A stretch of 63,763 bases of DNA, the filler included, from Lenisia limosa (taxonomy: Eukaryota > Protista > Breviatea): NCBI GenBank assembly GCA_001655205.1. It is 10 parts of 10 records of this genome, joined end to end, with 100 filler letters (N's around TTAATTAATTAA, not from the genome) between each part and the next. Parts side by side here need not be neighbours in the genome. Positions count along the whole stretch, not along the records: positions 1 to 10,433 come from LPNZ01010602.1; positions 10,534 to 18,711 come from LPNZ01008035.1; 8 more parts are not named here. One strand, 5' to 3'. The translations under genes were made by a program, and so were the position numbers. The notes beneath the pieces were generated by a model. That model saw nothing but the letters and a program-made list of their open reading frames with translations. It was not told the DNA's origin and did no database searches. How positions within the stretch are numbered: position 1 is the stretch's first letter; each line of letters opens with the position of its first letter. This document shows positions 1-12,900 of this stretch, piece after piece.

Positions 1-127
1 AAAAAAAAAAAAAAAAAAAAGGTTGAAGGACATTTTGCTGAAACCCTCCCCCACCCCCTTCATTATTTCGGCCCAAATTTAGGTAGAATATATTGTAACT
101 CCTATCCTCGTATCAATAATTTATACC

Positions 128-3100
128 ATAATCTTCGTTGTCTTCAATTTCTCTTTCAAAAGACGAGTATGAAGTGCTTTCTAAAGGTGTTAGGGGTGAC
201 AACAGTCATATGTTTGCTATGTTTGTGTTGTACCTTATCTCACCTGCTTAGGCGTGAGTGGTTCTGAGTATTCTTTTCCCTAAAAGAGTAAACTGTACCC
301 CTTGATAGACGATAATAGATCAGCTGCAATCCACTCACTGCCAATTTTGAGGTTTCGGGGTGGGGGTGAGTTGGGCTTGACTCTAACTCTGAGGGAAGCT
401 GGGCTTTTGGAACAGAAGGTTCCTGAATCAATTACTAGATAGAATTTACACAATTATGTAAGATTTGCAAAGGGTACTTATTAAATAGTAGTCATAAGTT
501 GACAATGTGAATAGTAAAGAGAATGAGCTTATTAATCATTATCCGTCAAACTAATATCAAGAACAGAGACATGATGAAAATGACCAAACCTGAACATCTC
601 TAAGGTTGTGTTCATTTCCCTGAAAAAAATGAGACCGGAACATTAAAACGCCCGTTGTGATGATTCTCTATCCATCCTAACTCTCGTTGCTTCTTCCCAG
701 TCTCTCAGGGCAATTTCTTGGTTTGACTCTGGTGCCTGACCCACAAGTTCAAGGGGAGTAGACACAGGGAAACAGTGGGATAAAACCTGAAGACAAATTA
801 TATCATAGCATAGTACAACTTATATCATTCTATCATACATTACTATGCTATATTGAGATGAGAAATAAAACAAGGTTGTATCTGGCCGAAGACGCTTATA
901 AGAGAAAATGGATTATTAATTCACCAAATCATTTGCCTTATAACTCTGTGCACACAGCTTTCTACGTGCCTCACCAGTAGTATACGCTGTGTATATGATA
1001 TAATATATGATACGATATACTACAAACAGTATATGATTTGTCTCATCTATCAAAATGTAAACAAACCATAGAGGCGATTGATGGATCAACAGTACAGGCC
1101 ACAGAAGTACCCTTATATCTAGAATGGAAAATTTCCACACAGGAAACAATCGCCTGGCATTCAGACGAGGACTTTGTGTCAGGGAGCTGAGTAAATAAGA
1201 CTTCAACATGTGGCACTCAATCCTCAACCTACCCACCAACCTCAGAATAACATTGTACGTGCCACCCCTGGGGGTTGTTTTTCATCGACTGAAGGATTAC
1301 ATTATTAACATTTGCAGCAATCGCTGCTTCTTTCCCTTCTCCTGAAGACAAAACATTTAAAACCGTTTGAACATATTGTGGGATTACCTAAGATATTAGA
1401 AATACACTGAAAAGGTCTTACAATAATAACGTCTTGACTTTTGGCGATGGAAGTAATAATCTTAAGATCCTATAGTGTCAATTGATAACATAAAAGCTCC
1501 AACTGTAATTATCTGTTTAATACATGATATCATATTGTATATTACATATATATATATATACTTTATATTATGCCATATTCCCTTGGCACAGGTTCTTTGG
1601 GAATATGAGTGATCATATCATATATATTACTACTATATGTAAACCCGACGGGAAATGGGAAATGTCATGTTTTCAGGGAAATGGCCAAAAAATCGCCATA
1701 CCATATACAAAACTGTTCCTACATCAAAATCAAGTGAAGCAACATATCTCGAAAAAAGCAACTTTTTACCGTAACTTTAGTGTTATTTACTAAAAGTGCA
1801 TCTTTTCAGCATATTCTAGAGAGGTTTTGACGCATTTTTAAACATCTTTTGAAAGGTTGCCTGCTTATACATACTATATTATAAAGTTACACTATGATGG
1901 TTATTGGTAAATGTGTCTAAAATGGTTGATTGTTTTATTTGCTGTATAGTAAAAAAAGTCACGACCATCGACGACTATATTTTTTATTATTATATTTTTG
2001 GAGCAATCATATTCACGAGGGGCATGATTGGAAACGTCACTTTTTACAGTAATTTTATTATATTGGCCCGAAATCGTCTTGCAAAAGAGTGTCATTACAC
2101 TTTAAAAGGAAAGGTGACCGAGAGAGACTATAGGAATGATGCTTTAGCCGGTTTATCAGAACATGACCTTCAACAATTTCAAAACAAAAATGAACATTGA
2201 AATATAAAGTATACCAAGGGGTATGCACGGTAAATACACTAACAACCTTCTTGTTAAACAAGATCTTGCTCCAAAAAACGCCACTTCAATTCAAGGCAGT
2301 AAGATGATCCAATGAGGAAAACCATCGCTTAACTGTAGAAAGCAGAAAAAGGAAGAAGAAAAAAAAAAACTGTAAATACTGTATCAATTTACATTAGTTT
2401 TCATTATGTAGAAGCCTTTTTAAGTAGCAACGAAACCTGACTTCACCTTTTAGAAAAAACAGAAAAGAAAAATTATAACATAATTACGTAAATTGAACAA
2501 AATGCTTCACTTTTTTAAGATCGCCTATGCTACAGAAACATCAATTTTGTTGTAAGAACTGTTTTTATGAGACGAATTTCGACCTTTTGCTTGTGATCAC
2601 TCAAAATATGACATTTCTCATATTTCATCCAGTACATGATAGCTCATATCCCCTCAGGAACATCTCNNNNNNNNNNNNNNNNNNNNNNNNNNNNNNNNNN
2701 NNNNNNNNNNNNNNNNNNNNNNNNNNNNATCGACAACCACAAATACAGTGCACTCTCCAATATTCAACTTCTGAAATAGTCATTGGAGTCTTGTTAACAA
2801 ACACAACTTATAAAAGAATCCCCTCTCACTCTTAATTTGTCTAGTTTCACCTCGATTTCTCTAATAACCTCACGGACATTCACTTCGATTCGCAGTTCTT
2901 TCGCTTTTTCAAGAAGTTGCTCCTCTTCCTTTGAAAGTGCTGAAATATATTAAGGATGAATCAATAATCCACTAAATAGTGCTGAGAAAAATTGAAGACA
3001 AATTTTAAAAACACAAACTTTAAACAATACTACAGCAGCTTGTTATCTAGAACAAGAGCAATCAAATGACAATATCCTCACTTACGCGGTGGTTGAAATT

Positions 3101-5500
3101 GATTCAACAACTTATCTTCCTGGGATATGGGCTGAAGGAATTAAGGCAATTTAAAACAAGAAACCTACATGGATCACAAATTGGGTTCCTTCTTGACTAG
3201 TTGGACCAATAACTGTTTTATATTCGGCTGACAAAGGAGTTTCCAAAAAGGTTTCTATCTTAGTAGTATTCTGTGCTTCAAAAGAAGGCTTTGCTACAGT
3301 AGGCATTGTGGTTTGTTTGCCCTTTTGGGCAAGATCTTGATAGATGGTGTCCACAGCATCTTGACAACTTTCACTTGCTGTAATTGAGCTTGAGCCGAAT
3401 GTAGATTTATTGGATTTGAAGTCACTTGAGGTATCAAATTCTTCGGTTTTGCATACATCACTGAAAGTTTCATCGTAATCAGGGGTTGGTTCTTTTTCGA
3501 AGTTGTCCATTGCCTAAAATTTAAAGAAAATTATTATTATGACTATTAATTAACAATAATAGGTGATGACAACAGCAATTTAGAGCTAAACCAACTTTGG
3601 TTTCATCACTGTATCGCAGAACGGCTTCTTCAGGTTTCTGATTTCCAGCAACGGGGGTGAAATAAGAGAGAATATGATACTAGTATAAAGTGTGACGCAA
3701 TAATCTGTATGCCAAAGGTCACCATTGTAGATGAAAAATGGCACAATGGAATACAACAAAAACTATGTAATGTTTCTTCTCACCATGAGAAGGGGGACCA
3801 AGACTAAAGTTGAAAGATGCTGTTGCCCTAAAAACATAATAATATTGTCTTTTTTTATCATAATGCTGATTCAATGTGTTAATAATTGGGAAAGAATAAT
3901 ACTACGCCTACGCGGGAGCTGGTTCTTCAAGAGCACCAGTTTTGAAGGAAAATGTTTTTGAAGGCTAAACAAGTAACACCAGATAATGGGAAAGGAAATG
4001 TGACACTCCAAACCTAACCTTTTGAGAGGAACCAAATGGGTCATTTTTGGGAGGTGCAAAGACTGCTTCAGCTTGAGAGAAGTTAAGATATAACATTTTT
4101 TAACCAGCCTTACGAACAACCGAATCCCCCAACCATTCGCTTCACTAATGCTATTGGGGGTGGTGACACTCTAAACAGTAAGAATAGATAATCTTTCTCC
4201 CTTAAACTGTCCCTTGGGAGGTTAAATTGTTTGTCGGGTCACATTTTCTGTATCTGCTAGTTATGAATATCTCAACAATTCGGTGAAAACTTGAGAGTTT
4301 AAATTGATGAATTTGCATATCTAACTTCACATTTTCAAGACAACATCATGTTTGTGATTTGTAATATATGCATATGATATGCTTTTTATCCCCTTAATGC
4401 CACACAAAATTAAAATTTATAACACTGTTAGACTTGGGCAGAGGATATAATAATGATTGGAACGATGAAAAAAGAGCTTGTCAAAGAATTAGAGACTCAT
4501 CGCGGTACCTCACACATTTGTTTCGGGTAAAACTTAAAAACGGATATCTCTGGCTGGGAGTTGGTGATACCATTTTGAGGGCTGACTACTCCAACATTTT
4601 AACCTCTAAATTCCAATAACACCTCACATTTTGTTTGTCGAATGGTTCCATGAGTCGGGCACCAGTGGACCCTCGACCGCGGTGCTTGCGCGGTAAAGAA
4701 TTGGGTGTAACTTCCTGATGCGGTAAAAGACTTCCGGAAAATTTTATGATTTATATTATAATATTACAGATAGCAGAGCCACCAGAACAAACACCATACC
4801 GAAACTGAAAAAACCTGAGTAGTGTCGCTTCTTTGGACAGGTGCTTCTTCTCTGCGCAAATAAAAATTGGTTTGAATATTATGTTATGCCATAGGATATG
4901 ACGAGTGAATTTTTGAAAAAAATAATCTACATCTTCAATGAGGCTTTAGATTTTATATCAGTGGGATCCCAGCGATCTTAACAAAAAAACAGAAGAAAAA
5001 ATCGAAGAAAGAAGAAAATGATGATGAAAACCCCATAATGACGAAAATGAAAATCCCTAGGGCAGATGATATCATACATGTGACTAACCTTCTGTGCGAT
5101 CTTGGTTCACAGGAGCCTAAACGTCCATTCAAGCGGCCTTTTGAACTCTTAAAATATGAATCTTTATCAACTTTCAACTTCATGCACCCCACCTTCGATT
5201 GTTGACAATAATCCTCATGAAAAATAAATAGTATAATGTGATTGTATCGTATCCGGCCCATCTGTCTCTCCAAAAACCCCTTATCTTCAGAATGATTCCA
5301 CAAACCTTTGGCTGCCATCCACCTCCATATTCTGCAATTACGTCTTGGTCATTTTGAGGTTCATAAGGCACATGGCCGATTCCATCATCGTGCCTCTAAG
5401 CAAAGTTGGATAAAACTTACCATATGATATGTACAATGAAACCACTTTAAACCCACATTGTTGCCTTGTTGCTGACGCCTACGACCTCTTCCTCCTGCTC
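128..5500 (-). CDS. Multi-exon gene(s) of unknown function, partly low-complexity S/T/E-rich; boundaries uncertain
   Basis: Exon-like segments with GT-AG ends on the minus strand, e.g. ~3163-3514 (AMDNFEKEPTPDY...GTQFVIH), ~5295-5380 (RHDDGIGHVPYEPQNDQDVIAEYGGGWQPK), ~2873-2940 (LSKEEEQLLEKAKELRIEVNV). Full frame continuity was not resolved and no family was recognised. Confidence 0.45.
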
Positions 5501-6321
5501 CTGTTCGTTAGCAGAAGGTAAAAGCCATGGATATATGACACACGTCTAACTTACGATTGCTCATTGAAATCTAACGCCTGAGTAAAATCAAGTACTATGA
5601 GGCCGCCTTAGCCCTCGATCTCTTGAGGATCAGGTATCAATCTGCGATCGAATATATTAGTTAGTGGAGTATTTCGGGGTTTTTCACATCCATGACCAGA
5701 ATGACCCAACTAACCGTGCCAACCCGGGCGTTAGCAATCAGCCAGGTGGAAGACTACAAAGATGCCGACTTCACTGAGGGGAGGGACCGTCGCTCGAAAG
5801 AGCCACCAACCGTATAAGGAGGGTTTTGGCCTAAAAGGTGCTGTTTGGCCAAAGCAAGTTTGGATTCAAGGCAATGGCTAGAGGGGACGTCAGTGAGCAA
5901 AGAGCAAGCAAAACCAAGGCGAGAGCCAACCTACCTGAAAGTTTCTCTCTATTTTGACACAGTTTTATGATTGGACAATGATTGGATTGCAGCCAAATTG
6001 CAGCATTTTGCAAGCTGGTGCTAACCGCAAACATGGGGGGTGCATTCATCTTCACGTGGCGCTTGCAGCAAGAATTGCGACCGGGTAAAATGTGCCATGG
6101 CAAACGCCTTTCCCCATCTGAACCCGCCTGCGTCCGCCGGCCAGCTCCAGATGGTGAGCTGGCTGAGCCGACCAACAAACCTAGATCTTCACCTTGTCTT
6201 TTCACCCTTCACCCCTCCTCACCTGGTGTTCACCCCGCTCCACAGTCACAAAATTTAAGGATTTCAGCTTGACCAAACCTCAAGATCTACTTCAACCTAC
6301 TGTGACCCGGAAGCTTCGAAG

Positions 6322-7805
6322 ATGAGGTACTCCAAAGTTTTGCAACGTGAGGCATCCGCCGAGGAAATCAGTGGAATCCTTATGACTGGACAGGTAAGTG
6401 AGAATAACATATTGATTGATACAATAACTGATGTGGAACGGGACACACTCTTGAAGAGCCCAACTCACCTCCTTCATGCTTACAATCTAGGTTGAGGTAA
6501 AGACGTTGATCAACCAACTTGAAGCATTAACTAGTGCAAGGAGGGCTAAACCCTTTATTGAACAAATTGAGGTGACATTCAAGAGCCAAAGATCTCTTAT
6601 TGAGGTGAGTAATGACTATCTATTTGTTTATACGGTATTTTGAGAAGCTTATTGGTTCAATCCGACTCCTAACCCATACCCCAATTAACAATCTCTTCTT
6701 CAATATCTACTACTTTTAATGGTGAAAAGATAATATGCGGGGTTTATCTCACTGCAAACAGTTTGTTCATTGGTATATGATATCGTATTGTATGTTATTA
6801 TCACTGCGTAAGTGATAAATAGTTTGCACTTCTTTGTCAAAGTATCACCTTGACACACTCTCTTTCTTAATTTCCAGGATCTTCGATTACAATGTAACTT
6901 TGAGACAGCACATGTGCGGAAAAACATGCTACCACAGGCAGATGCGTTTGATAGTGAACTTAGCAAGTTCGTTGGGATATTTGAGATATTATGAAAGAAT
7001 TATCAATTATTCAATTCAGATTGACTAAAGAAGCGTATGCAATCATCTTCTCCATGGATTGTAAGCCTATTGAAGCATCAGAGCAGGAAAGAATTAATCT
7101 TTTTGCTGGTGCTTCTTCAAAAACGTTGAATGAAAAGTATGAACCTATCTTCATGGATTGTGTGCCTATTCAGCAGAGCAGGACAGTATTACTCTTTTTT
7201 ACCAAAGATATTAATAATTTGCAGTACCCTTGAGGTAACCTTGAAACAAGAAATAGATGCAACAGAAAGAATGAGACACTCCAAACGACTAATGGAGGAT
7301 CTTTTGAACCAAAGTGCTGCTGGTGCAGAACTTTTAGGTTGGTGGTGCAACAGTATGACCCTTTTGCTTTGTGACTCCTCCTGAACAGTATGATGCTCAT
7401 TTTCTTCTCAGTACAATTCCTATTCTTTTTTTTATTGGAATGATGAGTTATTGTTAGTATGGACAGTTGTATGATTGCGGAGATACTGTATTGTTTCGGT
7501 GTTTTGCCTCAAGATTGTAAATGGATCTCAACTTCCACAAATACATATATTCTGATTATTTCAGCACTACAATCAAAACGCTTGCAGGCAATCCGAGACA
7601 AAAACAAAACCTATGGAACAACTGTAAGATTACTATTTATATATATATATCATTTTCACACCTTCAGCTCAAATCAGGAACAGGTCTCTTAACAAAGATC
7701 AAACACCATACAACTGTTGATCGAATAATTTTTTCCTTTCTATTTTTGGTATTTTTGTTCATGTGCGGTTATGTTTTGTTCAAGAACTTTTTTGGAAATT
7801 CATAG
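6322..7805 (+). CDS. SEC20: Sec20/BNIP1-like ER t-SNARE with C-terminal transmembrane anchor
   Basis: Seven phase-consistent exons: MRYSKVLQ...|VEVKTLINQL...|DLRLQCNF...|LTKEAYAI...|TLEVTLKQEIDATERMRHSKRLMEDLLNQSAAGAELL|ALQSKRLQAIRDKNKTYGTT|LKSGTGLLTKIKHHTTVDRIIFSFLFLVFLFMCGYVLFKNFFGNS*. This matches the Sec20 SNARE helix followed by the D-x-x-I-F TM tail. Confidence 0.8.
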
Positions 7806-7822
7806 TTTTACCAATATCTGGG

Positions 7823-8874
7823 TTATGGTCCCTTTCTCGTTACCACTTGCTTTGTGACGTTTATTGATAACAGGGAAAAATTTTTGGTCAAAGAATTCTT
7901 GAAATCCAATGACACTTTGAAAGAGAACGCATCCTGCCAATCCTCAAATAGGACTTGTTTTCTTTTTAAGTACTCGTAAATTTTCACCAGGAAAAGGAGT
8001 GCCTTGACGAATCCGAAAAAGGTAAACGAAAAATAGGATGAGCGGGCTACCTTCCTCATTAACAACGAGAATGGTCCGACCTTATGATTGTTGAGTCTTG
8101 TCCTGAGCCCCCCCCCCNNNNNNNNNNNNNNNNNNNNNNNNNNNNNNNNNNNNNNNNNNNNNNNNNNNNNNTTTTTACAGATATCATCACAACGAAACTT
8201 CCCTCTCCGAAGATTCAGTGGTTCCCAAAGGCGTCCACATACAGTATATATATTGCAATATACTATTTAAAATAAGCAAGTATACTACCTAAACCTGTGG
8301 TTTACCAAAGGTTTCCTTTGCCTCTTCTTGGGCTGCTTGCAGAAGTGTGGCGGAGGGGAGAGCAGATACCTCCCATCTTTCAGGGAACCGCTTCTGTAGA
8401 ATGTAATTATTTGAATATTTGGCTGCACAACGTATCACAGAACAATAAAGGCTCCCATGGTTCTCACCAGTCTCCTCATTTGTTTGCCAAAATGCTTCAT
8501 TACAGTTTCCCAAGGAATCTAAGAGGGGATCAGAATTTCTACCCTTCTCTGTTGAAATGAAGAGGTTGTTTCTTGCCAAAGGTCAACATCACATTATCCT
8601 TTTCAAGCATGTGGGCGATAAAATCAATACCTTGGCGATAATGGGGTTGGGTAGCTGCTTGGGGCTTGTGAACATCACAAGGTCGGCCTGAGAGTAAGGT
8701 AAAGAGGTATGAAATAATAAATTCAGTCCTGTTTCTCACCTTTGGGAGTGTAGTGGTGGTACCTTCCGGCCAAACACAGTACGATACAATGTCAGTAGTT
8801 TTGTTATTCGTAAGAACGGTTAACGCAGAACACGTGAGCTTGTCTTTATTTCCAGGATTTTCCTAAAAGATCAG
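7823..8874 (-). CDS. Probable multi-exon gene, unknown function
   Basis: Phase-0 joinable exons ENPGNKDKLTCSALTVLTNNKTTDIVSYCVWPEGTTTTLPK|ADLVMFTSPKQLPNPIIAK|IPWETVMKHFGKQMRRL|KRFPERWEVSALPSATLLQAAQEEAKETF. The 3' exons are unresolved. Confidence 0.4.
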
Positions 8875-9301
8875 AAGAAGAGAAAAAGTACATGTAAATG
8901 TGAAGACAAATAAAAAGGTTGTCTGGTCATTATGTTGGAAAAATAGTAAAAAGTTTTATCAAAAAATAGGCTACTCACTTTTATCAATTGTACCCACCTC
9001 TGCCCAAGACCCAATAACTTGTTGGGCTTCTTAAAATTAATTGCATGCTGTTAGTAATATTACCCCGAAAAATTATTGTAAACATCACATAGGTGGACAA
9101 ACATAACCTCGGGCACTTTTGAAAATACCCACTTTTTAGCTGAAAGAGCCCCATTTTGAGCGATGTATCGTCTTTTATGTGCATTTTTTCTGGAAGAATA
9201 TGATTTTTGTACAAAATAATTTTTTTATAGTTCAGTTCATTGCCCATTTAAACTTTATTGTTTTTATTTTGCTTAGAAGTTAAAAACGATTTTTTTTCCC
9301 A

Positions 9302-10267
9302 GATCGGCCAAGAGTCTTTGCGAAGGTAAGGTCTTGCATAAAATTCGATTCTGAGTCGTTTGAATACCAACAACCTTATGATCACATTAGATTCTGAACG
9401 CTCAATTTGGGAAGTGATTAGCTCTTAAAGAACCAAATCTCGAGGAAATTTATTTAAATTTTTTTTTTTGATTGATTTACATACTCGAATAGTTGACGGA
9501 AAGTGAAGTCGTTTGAATACCAGCAACCTATAAATTGCAACTTATTAAATTTGAAGGTGGTCTTAGACAAACCTATTAGCGTGAAGAAGAACCAATTTCA
9601 AAAGTATGGCGCGAATATTGTCACAATCAGATATGATTGGGTAAATTGTATTCGAAATTGAGTTTGGGAAGCTGGAATGCTGTTCTCTTACCATCAGGAG
9701 AAGCTGGATTTAACCTTCTGAGCGACAAGGTTTGAAATTACAGATGTTTCTACATTCTGATAAAACTTAAGATTGCTGATATGATTAAGTCGCACTCTGG
9801 TAAAACTGTAACGTTCTCGTCGAATTATCTTCCAAGATTTAAACAAATTTCCAATCTTGAAGATGAAGGTGGGGTCTAAATTTGTATTTAACATCTAGAT
9901 GCCCAACACTCTCGATAAAAGCCGTTCGGTTGCCAAGACCCCGCAAGATTAATGCAACATGTTGCTGCAATGTCCTCAGTGATTACAAGTGAAAAAATAG
10001 CATGAAATTGCTTGTCTGAAGGATGCAATTACTCAAAATGAGGTGGACACTTTCAACAAATATCCAGACAGGTTACAATGGTGGGATTGCCCTTTGATTG
10101 GAGAGGACCCCAATATTGCTTTCGAGGAAGGACCCAAATGTCGTGTCAGTATTGCTCCTAACGATGAAAAACATTGGAGTGAAGTGCTTCTGAAAGAAAA
10201 GAAGATGGAACTTGCTGAGCGTCATGGTGAGATCATTCAACATTATATTGTTCTAATCATTGTTTAG
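9302..10267 (+). CDS. Possible multi-exon gene, unknown function
   Basis: Strong ttttcccag/gtaagg micro-exon (DRPRVFAK) joining SFEYQQPINCNLLNLKVVLDKPISVKKNQFQKYGANIVTIRYDW; protein-like terminal ORF at 10021-10267. Internal joins are uncertain. Confidence 0.35.
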
Positions 10268-10433
10268 AAATCAACAGAAAGAAAAACTCAAGGAATGTTA
10301 AAGTACAAAAGCCAAAAGGTAGTTTGTATGGTTTCGATCACTAACATTTTTAGCTATCAATCGTCGGAAGACAAAAAATGTCAAAAAATAGCTGTTCCCC
10401 CCCCCCCCCTTTATACCCTATTTTCCTATTATT

Positions 10434-10533
10434 NNNNNNNNNNNNNNNNNNNNNNNNNNNNNNNNNNNNNNNNNNNNTTAATTAATTAANNNNNNNNNNN
10501 NNNNNNNNNNNNNNNNNNNNNNNNNNNNNNNNN
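10434..10533. other. Artificial contig-joining spacer (N44-TTAATTAATTAA-N44), first of nine
   Basis: Identical 100-nt structure at 10434, 18712, 26131, 30973, 37186, 45181, 51254, 55742 and 57388. The 12-mer gives stops in all six frames. Confidence 0.97.
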
Positions 10534-10566
10534 GGGGGGGGGGGATGAAGCAAAACCCTGACATAC

Positions 10567-12900
10567 CCAGCATTGTCGACCTTGGCCACGTTATACGCTC
10601 CAGTATTCTACAATAATGTTCAGTTCAGTTCAGCTCAGTTCATAATGCCGATGAATTTTGTTGAACACCTTACTTTTTATTATGATAAATACATTTGATT
10701 CCAATAACTTATAATCATGAAACGAATTTTCAGGATCTACTTTCAACTCTATTCCAAAGAGACCTCACAGAAAATTAAGGTTCAGTTCATCTCAATAAAA
10801 GTCACCCAATAAATTCAAAACCTGGCAAACCCCCTTACAGTCTCAGTCATCACAGTTGAATTCTTTCGACCAATACTCAAAAACTTGGTAGACAGCCTGA
10901 ACAACACGTCCCCTGCTGGGTTAAAGAGGGCATTAATTGGCTCATCTAAACATGGGGTGACCTGTTCAGAGTATGTAGTTCAACAGAAAAAGGTAAAAAA
11001 AGCGGATTTTTCAAGGAAACAATAAACAGAGGTCAATCTGTGCAACTACAGATGTTTTTCAAAATACCTCCCCTATTTTTGTGAAACATGGTTTCAATGG
11101 TGACAAGAGCTAATTTGGATAAGTTAAAAATGCACGGGGGCACAATTACGTATTGGAAGGGAGGGTAAACCATTGGAGTTACTACGACTGAACAAACAAA
11201 ATGTTGACCCATATCTAGGGCTTCACTTCAGTTCGACAAAAACTGAATTTTTCGATAAATCCTCGAAAACTATCGATATTTTACCGGTCTTTTTCGAACC
11301 GAAGTGAAGTCCTACCCATATCCACTAGCGAGGCAATAATAAACACGAGCAACCAACGTTAAAACTAGACAAAAGCCAGATGACTACATATTGGGGGGAT
11401 GGGGATGGGGGGGAAGGTAGTTCAGGCAAACCATCGGATTTACTTCGACCGATCACGAGATCTCTTTCCGGAAGGCTTACATCCTCAGCAGGAATTTGCA
11501 GCCGTACACTATTAAGGTTAGTNNNNNNNNNNNNNNNNNNNNNNNNNNNNNNNNNNNNNNNNNNNNNNNNNNNNNNNNNNNNNNNNNNNNNNNNNNNNNN
11601 NNNNNNNNNNNNNNNNNNNNNNNNNNNNNNNNNNNNNNNNNNNNNNNNNNNNNNNNNNNNNNNNNNNNNNNNNNNNNNNNNNNNNNNNNNNNNNNNNNNN
11701 NNNNNNNNNNNNNNNNNNNNNNNNNNNNNNNNNNNNNNNNNNNNNNNNNNNNNNNNNNNNNNNNNNNNNNNNNNNNNNNNNNNNNNNNNNNNNNAGGGGA
11801 AAAATGTCTACTTATAAATATTTTGTCGGTAAGGTAGCCCTAAGTATTCATTTATCTTCCTAGATTTCTAAAGTAGTATAGTATACGTATACATACATAT
11901 ATAATATAGTATTACCTATGTATATTATTTACAATGTATATTTTGCTGGGGATGCCCGCAAAAAGCTGTGTTTACAGAGTTGTAAGGCAAATGATTGGGT
12001 GAATTAATATTATACTATTTCTTTTTCACAAAACCTCGTACAATGCGCCACTTGTGATAGATGACGGGAACAATTCACACTCGAAACCTGTGGGGAGTAA
12101 AAATTGAAAAATAATGATGGGGGGGGGGGGGAATTNNNNNNNNNNNNNNNNNNNNNNNNNNNNNNNNNNNNNNNNNNNNNNNNNNNNNNNNNNNNNNNNN
12201 NNNNNNNNNNNNNNNNNNNNNNNNNNNNNNNNNNNNNNNNNNNNNNNNNNNNNNNNNNNNNNNNNNNNNNNNNNNNNNNNNNNNNNNNNNNNNNNTTCCT
12301 ATAGGTTCTCTTACACCCTCCTTCTCACTTTGATCAGTGAACTGAATCCTGTTCACCCCAGACGAGACGATGTCTATATTGCAGGATCCGGAGCTGATGG
12401 CGGCGGACCCAGTACCGAAAAACGAGTACACCTCACTTGCGATTGTTTGGGCCTGGGGGGGGGGGAGTAATTTTATGAAAAAAAAAGCCCAAAATCAACA
12501 CTCTGTTGGCTGACAACACACGTTGATAACAACATAACAAACAAAGCCCAGAGCAGTCGCTTCCGCAGCCCCGCATCCCATCACTCCGATAAAGTTGGGG
12601 GTTCAACATTGATGAAATCCTCATCTTTCGATACCCCTAGTTCTTTACTATTTCACACTTTTCCCACGGCACACATTACTCCATTCTCAATCTTGTTTTT
12701 TTATTTTTATTTATCTAACCACGAATAGTACCTAATATTTTCATACGCTGGCCGCTATACTGTCTATTTTCAACATCTTCTCAACCTCACTCCAAATACT
12801 CCCCTCACCTCCCCAAACAAACCTGCACAAGAAGACAAAGCACACAGAGCCATCGGAGACATCTGAGAAATGCCACAGCTGCCTCAACTCCCGAATATGC
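10567..12900 (-). CDS. Multi-exon gene with a possible degenerate FHA-like domain (partial)
   Basis: Spliced ...ERDLVIGRSKSD|AGDVLFRLSTKFLSIGRKNSTVMTET|NTGAYNVAKVDNAG resembles the FHA pattern IGR..D..(S)R.H. Upstream exons HIRELRQLWHFSDVSDGS|AQTIASEVYSFFG... join in phase. Confidence 0.4.
11218..11312. mobile_element. MITE family A (~95 bp, TIR GGGCTTCACTTCGGTTCGAAAAA), representative copy
   Basis: TA-flanked with near-perfect TIRs. Other full or partial copies start near 16324, 21584, 21763, 22215, 23409, 27190, 28097, 30765, 37866, 38054, 38639, 38774, 41314, 43581, 47651, 52006, 52547 and 56839. Confidence 0.9.

Noticed and set aside
5650-6290. Retrotransposon or DIRS remnant in the GC-richer stretch before Sec20
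   Set aside because: No RT, RNase H, integrase or recombinase motif was found in any frame. It is more likely the 5' exons and promoter of divergent host genes.
6640-6680. GGTTCAATCC as part of a tRNA gene
   Set aside because: It is an isolated B-box-like 10-mer in a Sec20 intron with no acceptor stem, D-arm or A-box.
8111-8171. N gaps flanked by G/C homopolymers as programmed deletion or rearrangement sites
   Set aside because: They are best explained by sequencing or assembly dropout at long G/C runs. The runs are real and discussed in the findings, but the gaps are technical.
10478-10489. Recurrent palindromic TTAATTAATTAA motif as a biological repeat or CRISPR-like array
   Set aside because: It always sits in the centre of an identical 100-nt N spacer, so it is an assembly linker. 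Gene adjacency across these linkers is not evidence of real synteny.
11218-11312. GGTTCGAA in family A as a tRNA T-loop or SINE B-box
   Set aside because: There is no A-box, no cloverleaf and no terminal CC of the B-box. The motif is part of a TIR mirrored at the other end.
11380-12470. Long ORFs in the track containing X runs (also at 21131, 42202, 45399-46594 and 52112)
   Set aside because: They are open only because N gaps contain no stop codons.
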